In this document: positions 52,005 to 64,000 of the stretch, one piece after another
Position numbering within the stretch: the stretch's first letter is position 1
How the letters are laid out: each line of letters opens with the position of its first letter
Assembly (NCBI GenBank): GCA_039096225.1
Contig: JBBPEB010000009.1
Location: forward strand, 992,001 to 1,056,000
DNA length: 64,000 bases
Origin: Blastocystis sp. Blastoise
Taxonomy: Eukaryota > Protista > Bigyra: Opalinata
Direction: 5' to 3'
Made by a program: the position numbers and the translations under genes
Notes under the pieces: model-generated
Database searches by the model: none
Told to the model about the DNA's origin: nothing
Seen by the model: only the letters and a program-made list of their open reading frames with translations

Positions 52005-54662
52005 TTAGATACCAGTATATACTTCAAAATCAATTAAAAAAAATTCATTTCTTTTATCAGGTTGATTAGTATTAACAAAGAAGCTGTTTCCTAATTCAGG
52101 ATAAGGAGAAATATATACTGGGTTTTCTCTACAGAGTAAATCTATTCTACCATTTGTAAATCGATCCTTATCAATTTGAGAATGTAAATATATACCACAA
52201 CAAAATACAAGTTCAAATAATGAATCATTACTTATTAATGCACTATTTAATTTTTCAGGATTAATATTTAATTTCGTGTAATTATGTCCATGAGGATTTG
52301 TTAATGAAAATAAAAAGGCTTTTGAATCTGCTCTCAATCCTGTACCTCCTATATATATAAATATGTATTAATTTAGTCAATATATACTTCTAAGTGGATT
52401 TGCCTTATTTACATGATTCTTTCCCCAACCAACACTAGTATATCCTCCAAATATATACGATTGACCATATTCATCATTTCCTTGTATAATAACTAATGAT
52501 TCTTTCTCATCACATTTTTCATGCCATTTCTTTATACTTCTATTTTCATCAGAACATCTATATATAAATATTATTATTAAAAATAATAGAATATACCTAT
52601 ATAATAATTCCCATTTTTTATCTTCATCAAACCATTTACTTAATTCAATACCCATTTCTTTAGTAATAAGAATTGAATTTGGTAAATATAAATCAGGATT
52701 TGGTATTAATTCATATACTTCATATTCATCAACAATAAAATAATTAGTTTCTTTTGGACCAGCAGTATTTACAAATAAAGATGTATATTGAGGAGTAAGA
52801 TTATGAGAATATACACCAGTTTGTTCATTAATATAACTATCGTTGTTATTATGACAATCATCAGAAATACTTATATCCATAAAATGAGGACCACGATTCT
52901 TATCACAATATAATGCATTATAAGGATCGAGTATATCATATTTAGTAGGAGGAATATCATGCTCATTACTTAATGTAAATAAGAAAGACCCACTATCATA
53001 TTTCCACCCTATATTATATTATACTATTAAACAGATAATAATATTATTATATATACATTTTTCAGTTCTAGATTCCCAATATTGAGTAGTATATCCTCCA
53101 AATATATTAATCTTATTATCATGACCTATATGCTTAATAATAGTAACAGTAGGACATTTATGATCACAGTATTTATGGAATTCACTTGCTCGATATTCAT
53201 GCTCACCTGCTCTATAAACATAAATAATAATAAAAAAAATAGCATACCTAAATAATAATTTCCATTGTTTTTCTTTACCAAGCCACTCATTAAGAACATT
53301 TATATATTCATTATTACCATTTAAAATAATACTATCCATAAAATTTGTATTATTATAAATAATATGTGGAATTCTTATATTATTTATTTGATTATGTAAA
53401 TTAGTAGATTCTAAAGAATTATTTGTTTTTATTTCATTTGAACTATTAGTATCTTTTGCATTATTATTATTTGTATTATTATTCGCAATTTGGTTCACTT
53501 TATTCGCAGTAGATGCTGTTTTTTTAATGTCTTTTACATTATTATTATTGGATATATTATTATTATAATTTGATATATTATTATTATTTAATATATTATT
53601 ATTATTTAATATATTATTATTATTTGATATATTATTATTATTATTTGATATATTATTATTATTATTTGATATATTATTATTATTATTTGATATATTATTA
53701 TTATTATTTGATATATTATTATTATTATTTAATATATTATTATTATTATTTAATACATTACTATTACTTGGTATATTATTATTATTACTAAGATTACTAG
53801 TATTCTTTTTTACTTCATTTATATCTTCTTTCAATTGTTTATTATCATTAATAATTTTATTAATATTATCATTTATATCTTTAAATTGATTCATATCTTT
53901 TTTAATTATAGATATAGAATTCTTCTGACTATCATTTCCATCTTTAATATATTCAATACTATTTTTTATTCGATTAATTTCATTATTTTGTTGTTGAATA
54001 ACTTTCTTCAATTCATCATTATCATTCGAGAGTTTCTGAACTTCATTTATTATTTCATTATTTTGTTGTTGAATAACTTTCTTCAATTCATCATTATCAC
54101 TCAAAACTTTCTGAACTTTATTTATTATTTCGTCATTTTTATTTCTTAACCGAATATTATCTTTAGTTAACTGATCCAATTTTAATAGTACTTGAGACAC
54201 ATTACTAGTTAAAGAATCCATTTTATTGTCTATATTCATGGCTTCCTTTCGTGTATACGTTATATCATCAATAGGACCATTAGAATCATCATTTCCATCA
54301 GAAAAAGTATTCAATTTATTAATTAATTGATCCGGAGGTTCCACTACATAATACTCAAAGTCTTCTTTCAATTCTTCAAGTTCTTTCTTTGATTTTAAAT
54401 CAAGATAAATTGGCTTTCCATTCATATATTCAATAATCAAATCTAAATTTCTATCATTCTTTCCTATATATACAGCATTCTTAGTAGGAATAACTGAGGT
54501 TAACCAGGATTGATAAAAGAAACTATCATTCCAAAGAATCTTAAGTCTTTCTACAGAAAGACTACAACGTAATTTATCGTTATCACCAAAGAAAACAACA
54601 TAACCTTCAACAGTTAAGGAAGAATTAGCAACCAATTTCTCTTTCTCAAGATCACGAACCAT
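52005..54662 (-). CDS. BTB-like + coiled-coil + Asn-rich linker + two tandem TLDc domains (5 exons)
   Basis: YIGKNDRNLDLIIEYMNGK...EDFEYY (BTB-like). TLDc1: WKLLFR...IFGGYT...DEYEVY. TLDc2: WELLYR...IFGGYT...IDFEVY. Confidence 0.9.
53977..54135 (-). repeat. 75-nt (25-aa) in-frame tandem duplication in the coiled coil of the double-TLDc gene
   Basis: ATTTCATTATTTTGTTGTTGAATAACTTTCTTCAATTCATCATTATCA occurs at 53977 and 54052; peptide DNDELKKVIQQQNNEI occurs twice. Confidence 0.9.
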
Positions 54663-56620
54663 CTTTTAATTTATTTATTGATGCAAAAAAAATGTGATTG
54701 TTTGTGAAATAATAAAAAATAAGTGGAAATTTTCTTTCTTTCTCGTTTTTATTTTTGTTTTTTTTTCAGTTTTTTTTAAATTTTTTTATTATAATGTGAT
54801 GATTTTATAGATTGATATCAAATATGATATGACTTGATTATTGTAATTATATAAAATAATTTTTTTTTCTGAATTATCAACATAAATTATGTTATGGTAA
54901 GCAATTGTTCGTATATAAGTCAGTTTTTAATATGTATTTATTGATATAGGATACTATTGAATTATTTGATAAAATATAAAAAGTCATTATCAATAATATT
55001 TATTAAATTTCTGATTTTTTTATTACTTAATAAAAGATATGTATTTGATTTTTAATAACATTAACAACGCTGTGAATGAATTCCATAAAGAAAAGAAGAA
55101 TGGATTTACGCTACAAAGAAATATATATATTTCTTTTACCATAGAAAATAGTTGATGCTTTTTAGCTATATGGATTAGTGGAACTATAAGAAATCGTCCT
55201 GTTTCAAATAAATACAAAAATTATTTCAATCACCAAGAAATAACTCAATAATAGGTCATAATATTTATAATTATTACTATTATTTCGGATGCTTGTTATT
55301 AACGTTATTTATAAGTATATTCTATAATTGTTGTTGAATAGATCGTTTGCTGTTATCTTCTTTTCATCGATTGATTTAAATAGTTTATTTGCGTTCATTT
55401 TATATATAAAAGACTTTGTAAGTAAAATAATATTTTTTATTTTCGAATCACACACTTTATTTATATTTTGGCTGATAATCTTCTTATTTTACTATGTATA
55501 CATTTTTGTTTATATTTATAAGATATTTGTAAACTCTTATTTGATATTATTATTTCTCTTGATATGATTATAATACTTTTCTTGTAATTATTAGCATTTT
55601 ATGAATATATTTAATAAATATTTTTATTTATATATATATATTTACTATATATGCTTTTATTCATCGAATAAAATCTTTTCTATAGTCTTCTCATACAATT
55701 ATCTCCCTTTTATTCTATTTCCTACTTATTCATACTCTTTAACTTTTATTAAACAATATTTTATTCTTTATATTCTATATAATAATATATTAGGATTTTT
55801 TTTACTAATCATAATCATGATTATTAGTTATTTATTATCAACATATATTGTTTAAATCTCATTAATATAGTAACAAATACTATGTATAAATAACTAAGAA
55901 TTATGAATAATACATTTATTTTATAATTCTTATGAATAATTAATATTATAGAATTATTTATTGTGAAATAATATTTTAATAATTAAATCATAGATGTGTC
56001 AAATAAAACAATTGTTATCATCATTTATTATTTATTTAATATAATTTTTTTCACTATTATATCTATTTAATTATTTATAAAAAATGAAACCATTCTATAA
56101 ACATGAAACAAATATTAATGAATTTACAAAGTTATATATATCTCATATTTCTATTTGGCACTTATTGTGAAACTGCTTTAAAATATATTTTTTATATAAT
56201 TAAACTACAAATAAAGTTATAATATTGTTACAAAAAAAACTTCTTAATTCTTTCAATATATTAAGATAAATAGATCTCAAAAAAGTTTTCTTTATTGTTA
56301 TATAAAAACTATGTATTATAAAAATAATTATAGTTATCCATACATAGGATATCATTGTCATAAAAATAATTCTGTATAAAGATCTATTTATTTTTTAATG
56401 GAATAATTAAAAATAATAATAATCAATTCATAATAATCACAAATAATACTTTATATATTTTGTATAATTGTTACCATTAATTACATTATATTTAGTCACA
56501 ACTTCTTCAAAAACAAACAGAATAATTCTTTATATATAGAATTAATAAAAATAGTAAAAATAAAAAAAATATATAACAATATAAGAATAAAAACATATAT
56601 ACAGAAAGGAATCCATATAC

Positions 56621-58736
56621 TTAGTCAAATAAATAATTCACATGGTTTTCCTGAATAAATGTGGAATCCTTTAATTGTTGTTTATATATATCAGTTTGTA
56701 TACAAATATCATAATCTATATAATATTATTAATTTCAATAACTATATATGCATACATAACCAAATATAGAATTCTTTCAATTTAGGAAATTTTCCTGTAG
56801 TAATAAAATTAATAAGTTTTGACAATTGTTTCTCATCATAAATATCTATAAAAAAGACATTTCACATATATATAAAATTATTAATATACATAAATCTAAA
56901 CTTTTTATATTTTGAGTTTTATTTTCATTTATACATTCAAATAATGTTTCTATCTCATATTTACTTATCGTTTTATCTATATATATAATATAATATATAT
57001 ACACATATACTTTTGGTGCCAATAATTGAATCCATAAATGAATTAGTATCATATTTATATCGAAACATAGAATTTTTGGGATCATAAATATAATCAATAT
57101 CTAAAAAGTCATCTATAAAAATAAAATATATATGAATATGAATAGAATCAATATTATTATTAACATACCACCTAATTGAACAATACTTGAGGATGGAAAG
57201 TTATTATTATTAATATAGTTACAAAATGGTTTTATAAAAGAATTCCACCATTCATCATCATCATCATCAACATCATCATAATGATAATCAGTATCTACAT
57301 AAATATATAATATTTACTAAAAATAATAAACATAATGATAAGATTATACGTTTATATACATGATTTATATTTTAAAGTATTATTAATATTAATATATACC
57401 AAGCTCAATAGTTTTTAATTGAGGGAAATTATTTGTAGTATATAGTTTACAAAAGTTATCATCTGGTATATCCTCAATTCCTAATTAATATTTATAAAAA
57501 ATATTTGGATGAAATATATAACATTCTATAGTTGAGACACTATATATATTTAAAATATATACGTAAATTTAATTGAGTTGTATTATGAAAGCAACCTTTG
57601 CAAATTAATCGATTTATAAAAATCATAGTACAACCTAATAATAATAGTTAAAAATAATTAAATATTATTAATCATAAAATAATTATATATATAAATAATT
57701 ACATTTTATTGTAACAATAGAAGCCTTAGGAATTAATTTGTTTATTATATTTTCATATACAGTTAAATATTCAGAGGATGAGTTTTCATTGATAAGTACT
57801 ATATATATATTCATATGTTTTATAATATAATATACAATCAATCCTTAATTTATGAATAGTTTTAAACTTATTGTCATTAAAGAGAGTTGATATCCAATTT
57901 AAATATTCCATACTAATATTCTTATGAACTATAGACAAAAATATAAAACATAATAAATATTTATATATATATATATAATATACATGAAATCTCTAAATCA
58001 TTCAAATGTTCTACTATATTACTCTTTAAGAATCTTTCTAATGAATTTCCTTTATCAATTTTATTTGGATTGCCATCTATAAATGAATATATATTAGTAT
58101 TAATAAAATGTACTAATAATATATCTATTATATATTAGTGAATACTTTTAAAAATTATATCTATAATATCAATATTTTGCTTATAATTTTCAAAACAATC
58201 TAATTTTTTAATAGTGTCAGAATTGGAATAACCAACTTTATATAATATAAGATATATTATATAAAATAATAAATTTAAAGAACAAAGAATATATATAATA
58301 CTAGAAAGTTTATGAAAGGAAACAAGATTTTTCCCTAATAATTCTTTTAAATGGGGAAAAGAATAAATACAATCATCTATATAAAAACATATAAATACAA
58401 TTAATTAAATAGATTGTATCATAATCTTAAATATATATATATAATACATATATTATATATATATATACCTATTCCATCAATATGAATTGAATGAGTATAA
58501 GCAAAATCATCTAATAGAAGAGCTATTTCCTCATTTTTAGAGGTAATTATTTTTTTTATTCGAATAGTATCAATGATAGATATTAAATTCACTGGAAATA
58601 TAGACTTAAAATTTTCAGTAGCTATATTTAAAATAAATAGTTTATTTATTAATAAATTAATATACTTATTAAAATTTCATAATTGATTATATGTAATTTT
58701 GGGAAACATTCTTTATTTATTAAAGATAATTTGAAA

Positions 58737-58779
<43 letters not shown>

Positions 58780-60414
58780 ATCATAATCATCATATATAAG
58801 TTCAGTAACATTAGAAAATACATGAGTTGTCATTACTTTGTTAAATAGATTCTCATCAATTTCATTTATTAATAGTTTAACTATACAGAATTATAATACT
58901 TATAGTAATAATTCAAAATAAAAATACTCGTGTTAATACTTAATGTAGTTAAAGAATCAAAAACACCTTCTTCAAATAATTTCATAAAAAGCATAGGATC
59001 AATTTGATCATATAAATCTAAAATAAATTAACATATATATATATATATTTACATTTATAAAGAATTACTTTTGAAATACACAAATAGGAAGGAAGAAGTA
59101 ATAATTGAGATATACCATGCTTAGAAGATACTAAATCAATACTATTTAATATATAAAATAAAATATATAATGTAAAATAATATAATTATTTACATGAATG
59201 TTTTATCATTTGTTATATCTATATATAATAATAAAATATATGATTTTATAATATATATACCATCATATTTAATTCTGACTTTATCATCTAATTCATATTC
59301 ATCTTTTGTTTTATTTATTTCTACTTGTGAGTAATCATTTGTATATATAGCTTCATTAACGACACATCTATATAATTTTGGTATTTCATTCTTTTGTCTT
59401 TTTTTATCATAAGATTCAATCAATTTATGTGAATAATATATTTTATTAAGATCTAAAGAAGAAATCTTATTATATTCATTCATCTCTGATTCGTTATAAC
59501 ATTCATATTCTTCAGGATATTCTATTTTATAATTATTTTTAGTAAATAACCGATTATATTCCATTATATATTCATCACTATTTGGATTTAATAATAGTTC
59601 AGTTTTCTTATAATGCGTTCTTACTATATATATACATATATATAATGAAATATATATATATACCAGTTATCTTTAATTCTTCTAAAGAAGGAAATATATC
59701 CTTAATACACGATGGACATATATATTCTAATGGAATATTTGAGGAGTAATCATCTATATATATATATATATAATATATAATATATAATAAATTTACATGT
59801 AATTCTAACTTGAGTAATATTCATCATTTTAATAAGAAGAGAATAATATAATAATTCATCTTTTCGTTGAGGTGTAAATAAGTCTATAAATATATAATAT
59901 AAATATATATACATACTATTCACACCTAGCTCCTTCTCTTCTAAATTGAATAATTCCATAGGTATACGTGATTCTTTGTCTTCACAATAATATCCAGATA
60001 CATCAAAATTATTGTCTTTCAAATAGTTGTAGAATAATTCTTTAATATGAAACAATAAATCACTTTGAATAACGTTATCAATCTTAACTGAATATTCAAT
60101 AAGTGTTTTATATATATCATAACTATCTTTCAAATTTAAACAAGAAATATCTATGTTTTTGTCCATCAAAAAATCAATCACTTTTTTCATACTCAATGAA
60201 GGCATATCAGCATAATAGCTACCATCCTCATATTTCTCAGAGTGTTCAATGATATCATAAAAGGGTAATTGTTGATATTTATCAATAAATTCTTTAGAAA
60301 TCCACAATTGCGTCTCATCCTGGAATGTAAATAAATCTAGAGAATCAAATAAATATTTCTTAATAATATTCAAATACATTTATCTTCAGTTAATTGAAAA
60401 TCACTTGCTGACAT
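56621..60414 (-). CDS. BTB/POZ-like + degenerate LRR-like repeat protein, subtype B; multi-exon, apparently intact
   Basis: Same exon series as 36521..40505, with stretches of near nucleotide identity to 45681..49579 (e.g. MNEYNKISSLDLNKIYYS). Confidence 0.75.
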
Positions 60415-61341
60415 CACTTGAATTCAACTATAATGAAAATGTAATCCGATATTAATATTCTTTAAAATAAATTTTGTTATATATACAATAAATAAATACT
60501 TTAGAAATGCTTATACTCTATTATAAACATAATAAATAGTGGATAAAAGAACAAACAAAACTTGCAAATTTTTTAGAAGAATCTTAATGAAAATAAATCA
60601 AAAATAATTAGAGAATTGCTAAAAGACCGCGAATATATTTTGTAAACTTTATTTTGTTGTATATGTCTCTTTAAGCAATTTATAAGCATTTAAAATGTTC
60701 TTTTAGATCAATTCATGCAATATAGCTTCGTATAAAGATAAAAAAATACTGATATCAATGGATTTTTGATTAAATCATTTGATTTTCTTATTATTAAGTT
60801 TGTTCAAACCTTGATTTTATGCTCTAAGAATTCTAAAATAATAGATAGTTATGTTCAAGTGACTCAAATAATGTTTCTATAATGTGAATGAAGTCTTTTT
60901 AAGATTAACTTACGAATTATTCAATAATTTCAATTAATATGATTTATAAATATGAATATATAGTTTATTTCATAATTAAGAATAGAAATATACCTTAGTT
61001 TAACCACATAAAAAGCGTATTTTGTGAAATATTTGATATAAATTCATAATAAAATACTTTTTTGAGTATAATAACAAACTTAATATATAAATATCAATTA
61101 AAATGAATCACATATACAATATTGACTGATATAAATAGATAAAACAATCAATCATGAGTTTTAAAACTTGTGAATTCATTTGAGGAATTCAGTTTACAGC
61201 TGAAATTGTTTTAATATTTTTAATAATTTCATTTTTGTCTATTTTTCATTGATATTCAATATTTAACACGTATTTCTTATTTTAAATACAGGAACAAGAT
61301 ATATCTGTTATGAAAATAATTATATAATGTTTTAAGAAGAG

Positions 61342-64000
61342 ATGCAAAAAACAAATTGTCAAGAAAAACAAAGTATTCTTTCTATTCATACATACTAATC
61401 ATAAATATATAATTTATAAAGCGTCATTTATATTACATGATGTATCAAAAATCACAATTTCAAATTCTCTTCTACAAAAATATCCTAATTCCATGTTTTC
61501 TTTGGTATCTATGAATACTAATGATTTCATAGAAGAAGAGAAATCTTATTGCATTGATCTTTTATCTTTATCAATACATAAAATGATCCCATTTATGGAG
61601 AATGCAGAATTTCTTGATGTTTTATCTTCAAAAGATTTAATTTCAATTTATTCAGATATACATTATTTTTTTGGAGATGAATCCTATGAAGATAAGATAA
61701 AAATATATACATTTCTTTGGGATTCTTTAAATAATTTTATTGTGAATAATAAATGTGAACTGTATTTTATTTTATAAATATTTATAGAATAAATAAAAGT
61801 GATGAAATGAAAATAATAAGATATCAACTCATTATTCATGGTATATTTATTTCATTTTATTATTATATATATGAATGTATAGATCTCATAACAGAAGAGA
61901 GAAATGAATTATTCTGTCAATATTCTCCATTATTTGATTTCTTTAGTATTACAATTGTTACTTTAAAATGTATACATATATATTATTATATTAATTATAT
62001 ATATAGTTGATTTCTCTGAAGATATTCCTTACGAATATATATATCATTCCAATTTACATGAACTATTCCAAAACTAGAAACATTTCTTATAGAACGTATA
62101 TTATAATTATTTATTTTATTTATATATGAATTTATTTTATATAGCTTCTTATTATTCTCAAAGAAAAGAGATATGTATACCTCCTTCTGATCCTCATTAT
62201 ACTCTATTATATAAAGAATATAAACGACAATATTATGAAACTTATTTTCCAAAAGAATATTCTATTTATAGAAGATCAAAAACAGATAAAGAAAACAATT
62301 ATATATATAACAATTTAATTCATATATATCCAAAAGAAAAGAAAAAAAGTATTATGAATAAGAAAGAAAATAATATTTTTGACAAAGATATAGATATAGA
62401 TAAAGAAATAAATGAAGAGAAAAATGAAATATAATAAGATCTATTTGTTATACTTTCATATTATTCCCGTGATTATAATACACAGCAAATGGAGTTAGAA
62501 AAGAATAATTTATTATTATATAATAATAAATATATTTCTTATATGAAATTTATATTTATCCAAGATGGAGGTATATATATAGCATTAATATAATTTATAT
62601 ATATAGAACGAGATATACGACATCCAATTGTAGAGTATATAATTATATTTTATTTCTTTTGTACTCTATATAATTGAATGAATTATTTTATTATTAGAAT
62701 ATATTTATAATATATAAATATGAATAGATTATCGTTTATTTCGTGTTCAACAATACTCTTCTATTTACTTCATCTGCCAATAATGAAGCATATTAAGCAA
62801 CTAGTTACTCTTCGTATATATGTAATAACTATTCAATATATATACATTAGAGAATCCTAGAGTGAAGATTCAATTCGATATTCCTCCATTATTAATAACA
62901 ATTAGGGATGGATTAGTAAATACTATTATTATATTCAACATATTCAATTGTAATATATATAATCTATAATATTTATTGTTATTATATATATAGTTATTCA
63001 ACCAGGATCATGTCCTGAATATATACAATTATTTAAAGATATTATTACTACTCATGTATTTCCTAATGTAACTACATTAAAAATAACATGTATATATAAC
63101 ATATATTTCAAAATATTATATAAATAATAATATTTTTAGATTATTCCTATGATTTATATATACCTCTTTTACAAGAGATATTGCAATTAATAACAAGAAA
63201 TCATTTTCCAAAGTTGCATATATATGATATCAGCGATATTATTCGAAATGAAATTCATATATATAAAGAAAATCATAAATTTGTTTTATTTTATGAATCT
63301 ATAATACAACTAATGGATACTATAATTTATGATAAAGATATATTAACTAATATCTTAAAGAATGTTGTGTTTTATCCAGAAATATCAGAAGTTTTAGTGA
63401 ATACTAATAATACTAATTATTTTACTATTCAAGGTATATATAAATGGTATTATGTTATTATTATTATTATACTATATATATATGTTAATTTATGTTAAAT
63501 GAATATGATGTTGTGTGGAATAAGTTAATGAATTCTAAAGTTATATACTTTAATAATCTAATTATTGATTGTACATATATTATATCATTATTGTGAATAT
63601 ATTTATATATAATAATATTATTATTTCTATATTACTATAGTGTATAAAATGAAATATACTAGATTTGATATTTCTCAAATAAATCCAAAAAAGTGTATAG
63701 TTAAATCACTTATTCTTAATGCGAATTCATCTCAGTATAAGATATTAAATGAATTGAGGAATTGCATGAAAGATATAAATTAGAATGAACTTTAAACACT
63801 TTTTACTAATTGTATTCGTTTTGTTTTTATTCTCTATTTATTCTATTTATTATTATTTTATTAATTATATAATTTATAGTAAATCCATATGAAAATGAAG
63901 AGTATGAATATGATAGCGATGATGAAGATGATGAAGATGATGAAGATGAGAATATTAATGTGAATCAATATATTTATGAATACTTCTCATTTTTATCTGT
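61342..64000 (+). pseudogene. Subtype A BTB-LRR-like pseudogene, running off the window
   Basis: Colinear with 28307..33014 (IQPGSCPEYIQLFKDIITTHVFPNVT). In-frame TAA TAA at 62432-62437, TAG at 63781, TAA at 63793, and a lost AG acceptor plus apparent 1-nt deletion near 63484-63497. Confidence 0.8.

Noticed and set aside
53545-53790. CRISPR-like or minisatellite array
   Set aside because: These are coding NNNNNIS low-complexity repeats with no unique spacers, in a eukaryotic context.
55040-55260. Slightly GC-richer, exon-like patch in the long spacer
   Set aside because: It contains stops, has no valid donor at the expected place and shows no recognisable homology; too weak to call.
62432-63795. 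Stop-codon reassignment (TAA/TAG read as sense), suggested by in-frame stops in family genes
   Set aside because: All intact genes end in TAA and the conserved exons I read contain no internal stops. The affected copy also has a lost splice acceptor and an indel, so it is a pseudogene.

Overview
Extremely AT-rich, intron-dense eukaryotic DNA. Introns are short GT-AG type, often built from TA or TAA/TAT microsatellites, and every intact gene I could parse ends in a genomic TAA. The ORF track is fragmented because genes are split into many small exons. The style suggests an AT-rich protist, possibly a Blastocystis-like stramenopile (inference only). Left part (1-27.2 kb) is housekeeping: two divergent paralogous membrane-protein genes, an alpha/beta-hydrolase-like gene lacking its nucleophile Ser, an MFS transporter, eIF3m, PrimPol, topoisomerase III alpha, EFG1 and a coiled-coil gene. 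Right part (28.3-64 kb) is a tandem array of nine genes or pseudogenes from two interleaved families, both starting with a BTB/POZ-like domain. One family is BTB + TLDc (three copies, one with two TLDc domains). The other is BTB + degenerate LRR-like repeats (six copies in two subtypes), where nearly every repeat sits on its own phase 1-1 exon. The array shows all stages of gene birth and death. Other notable signals: introns that are pure GT(AT)nAG, and a GC-rich palindrome TTCCCRCGGGAA recurring inside PrimPol and TOP3A exons in different reading frames. No rRNA, tRNA, CRISPR array or transposase was recognised. Exon boundaries were parsed by eye; product calls rest on remembered motifs, not database searches.
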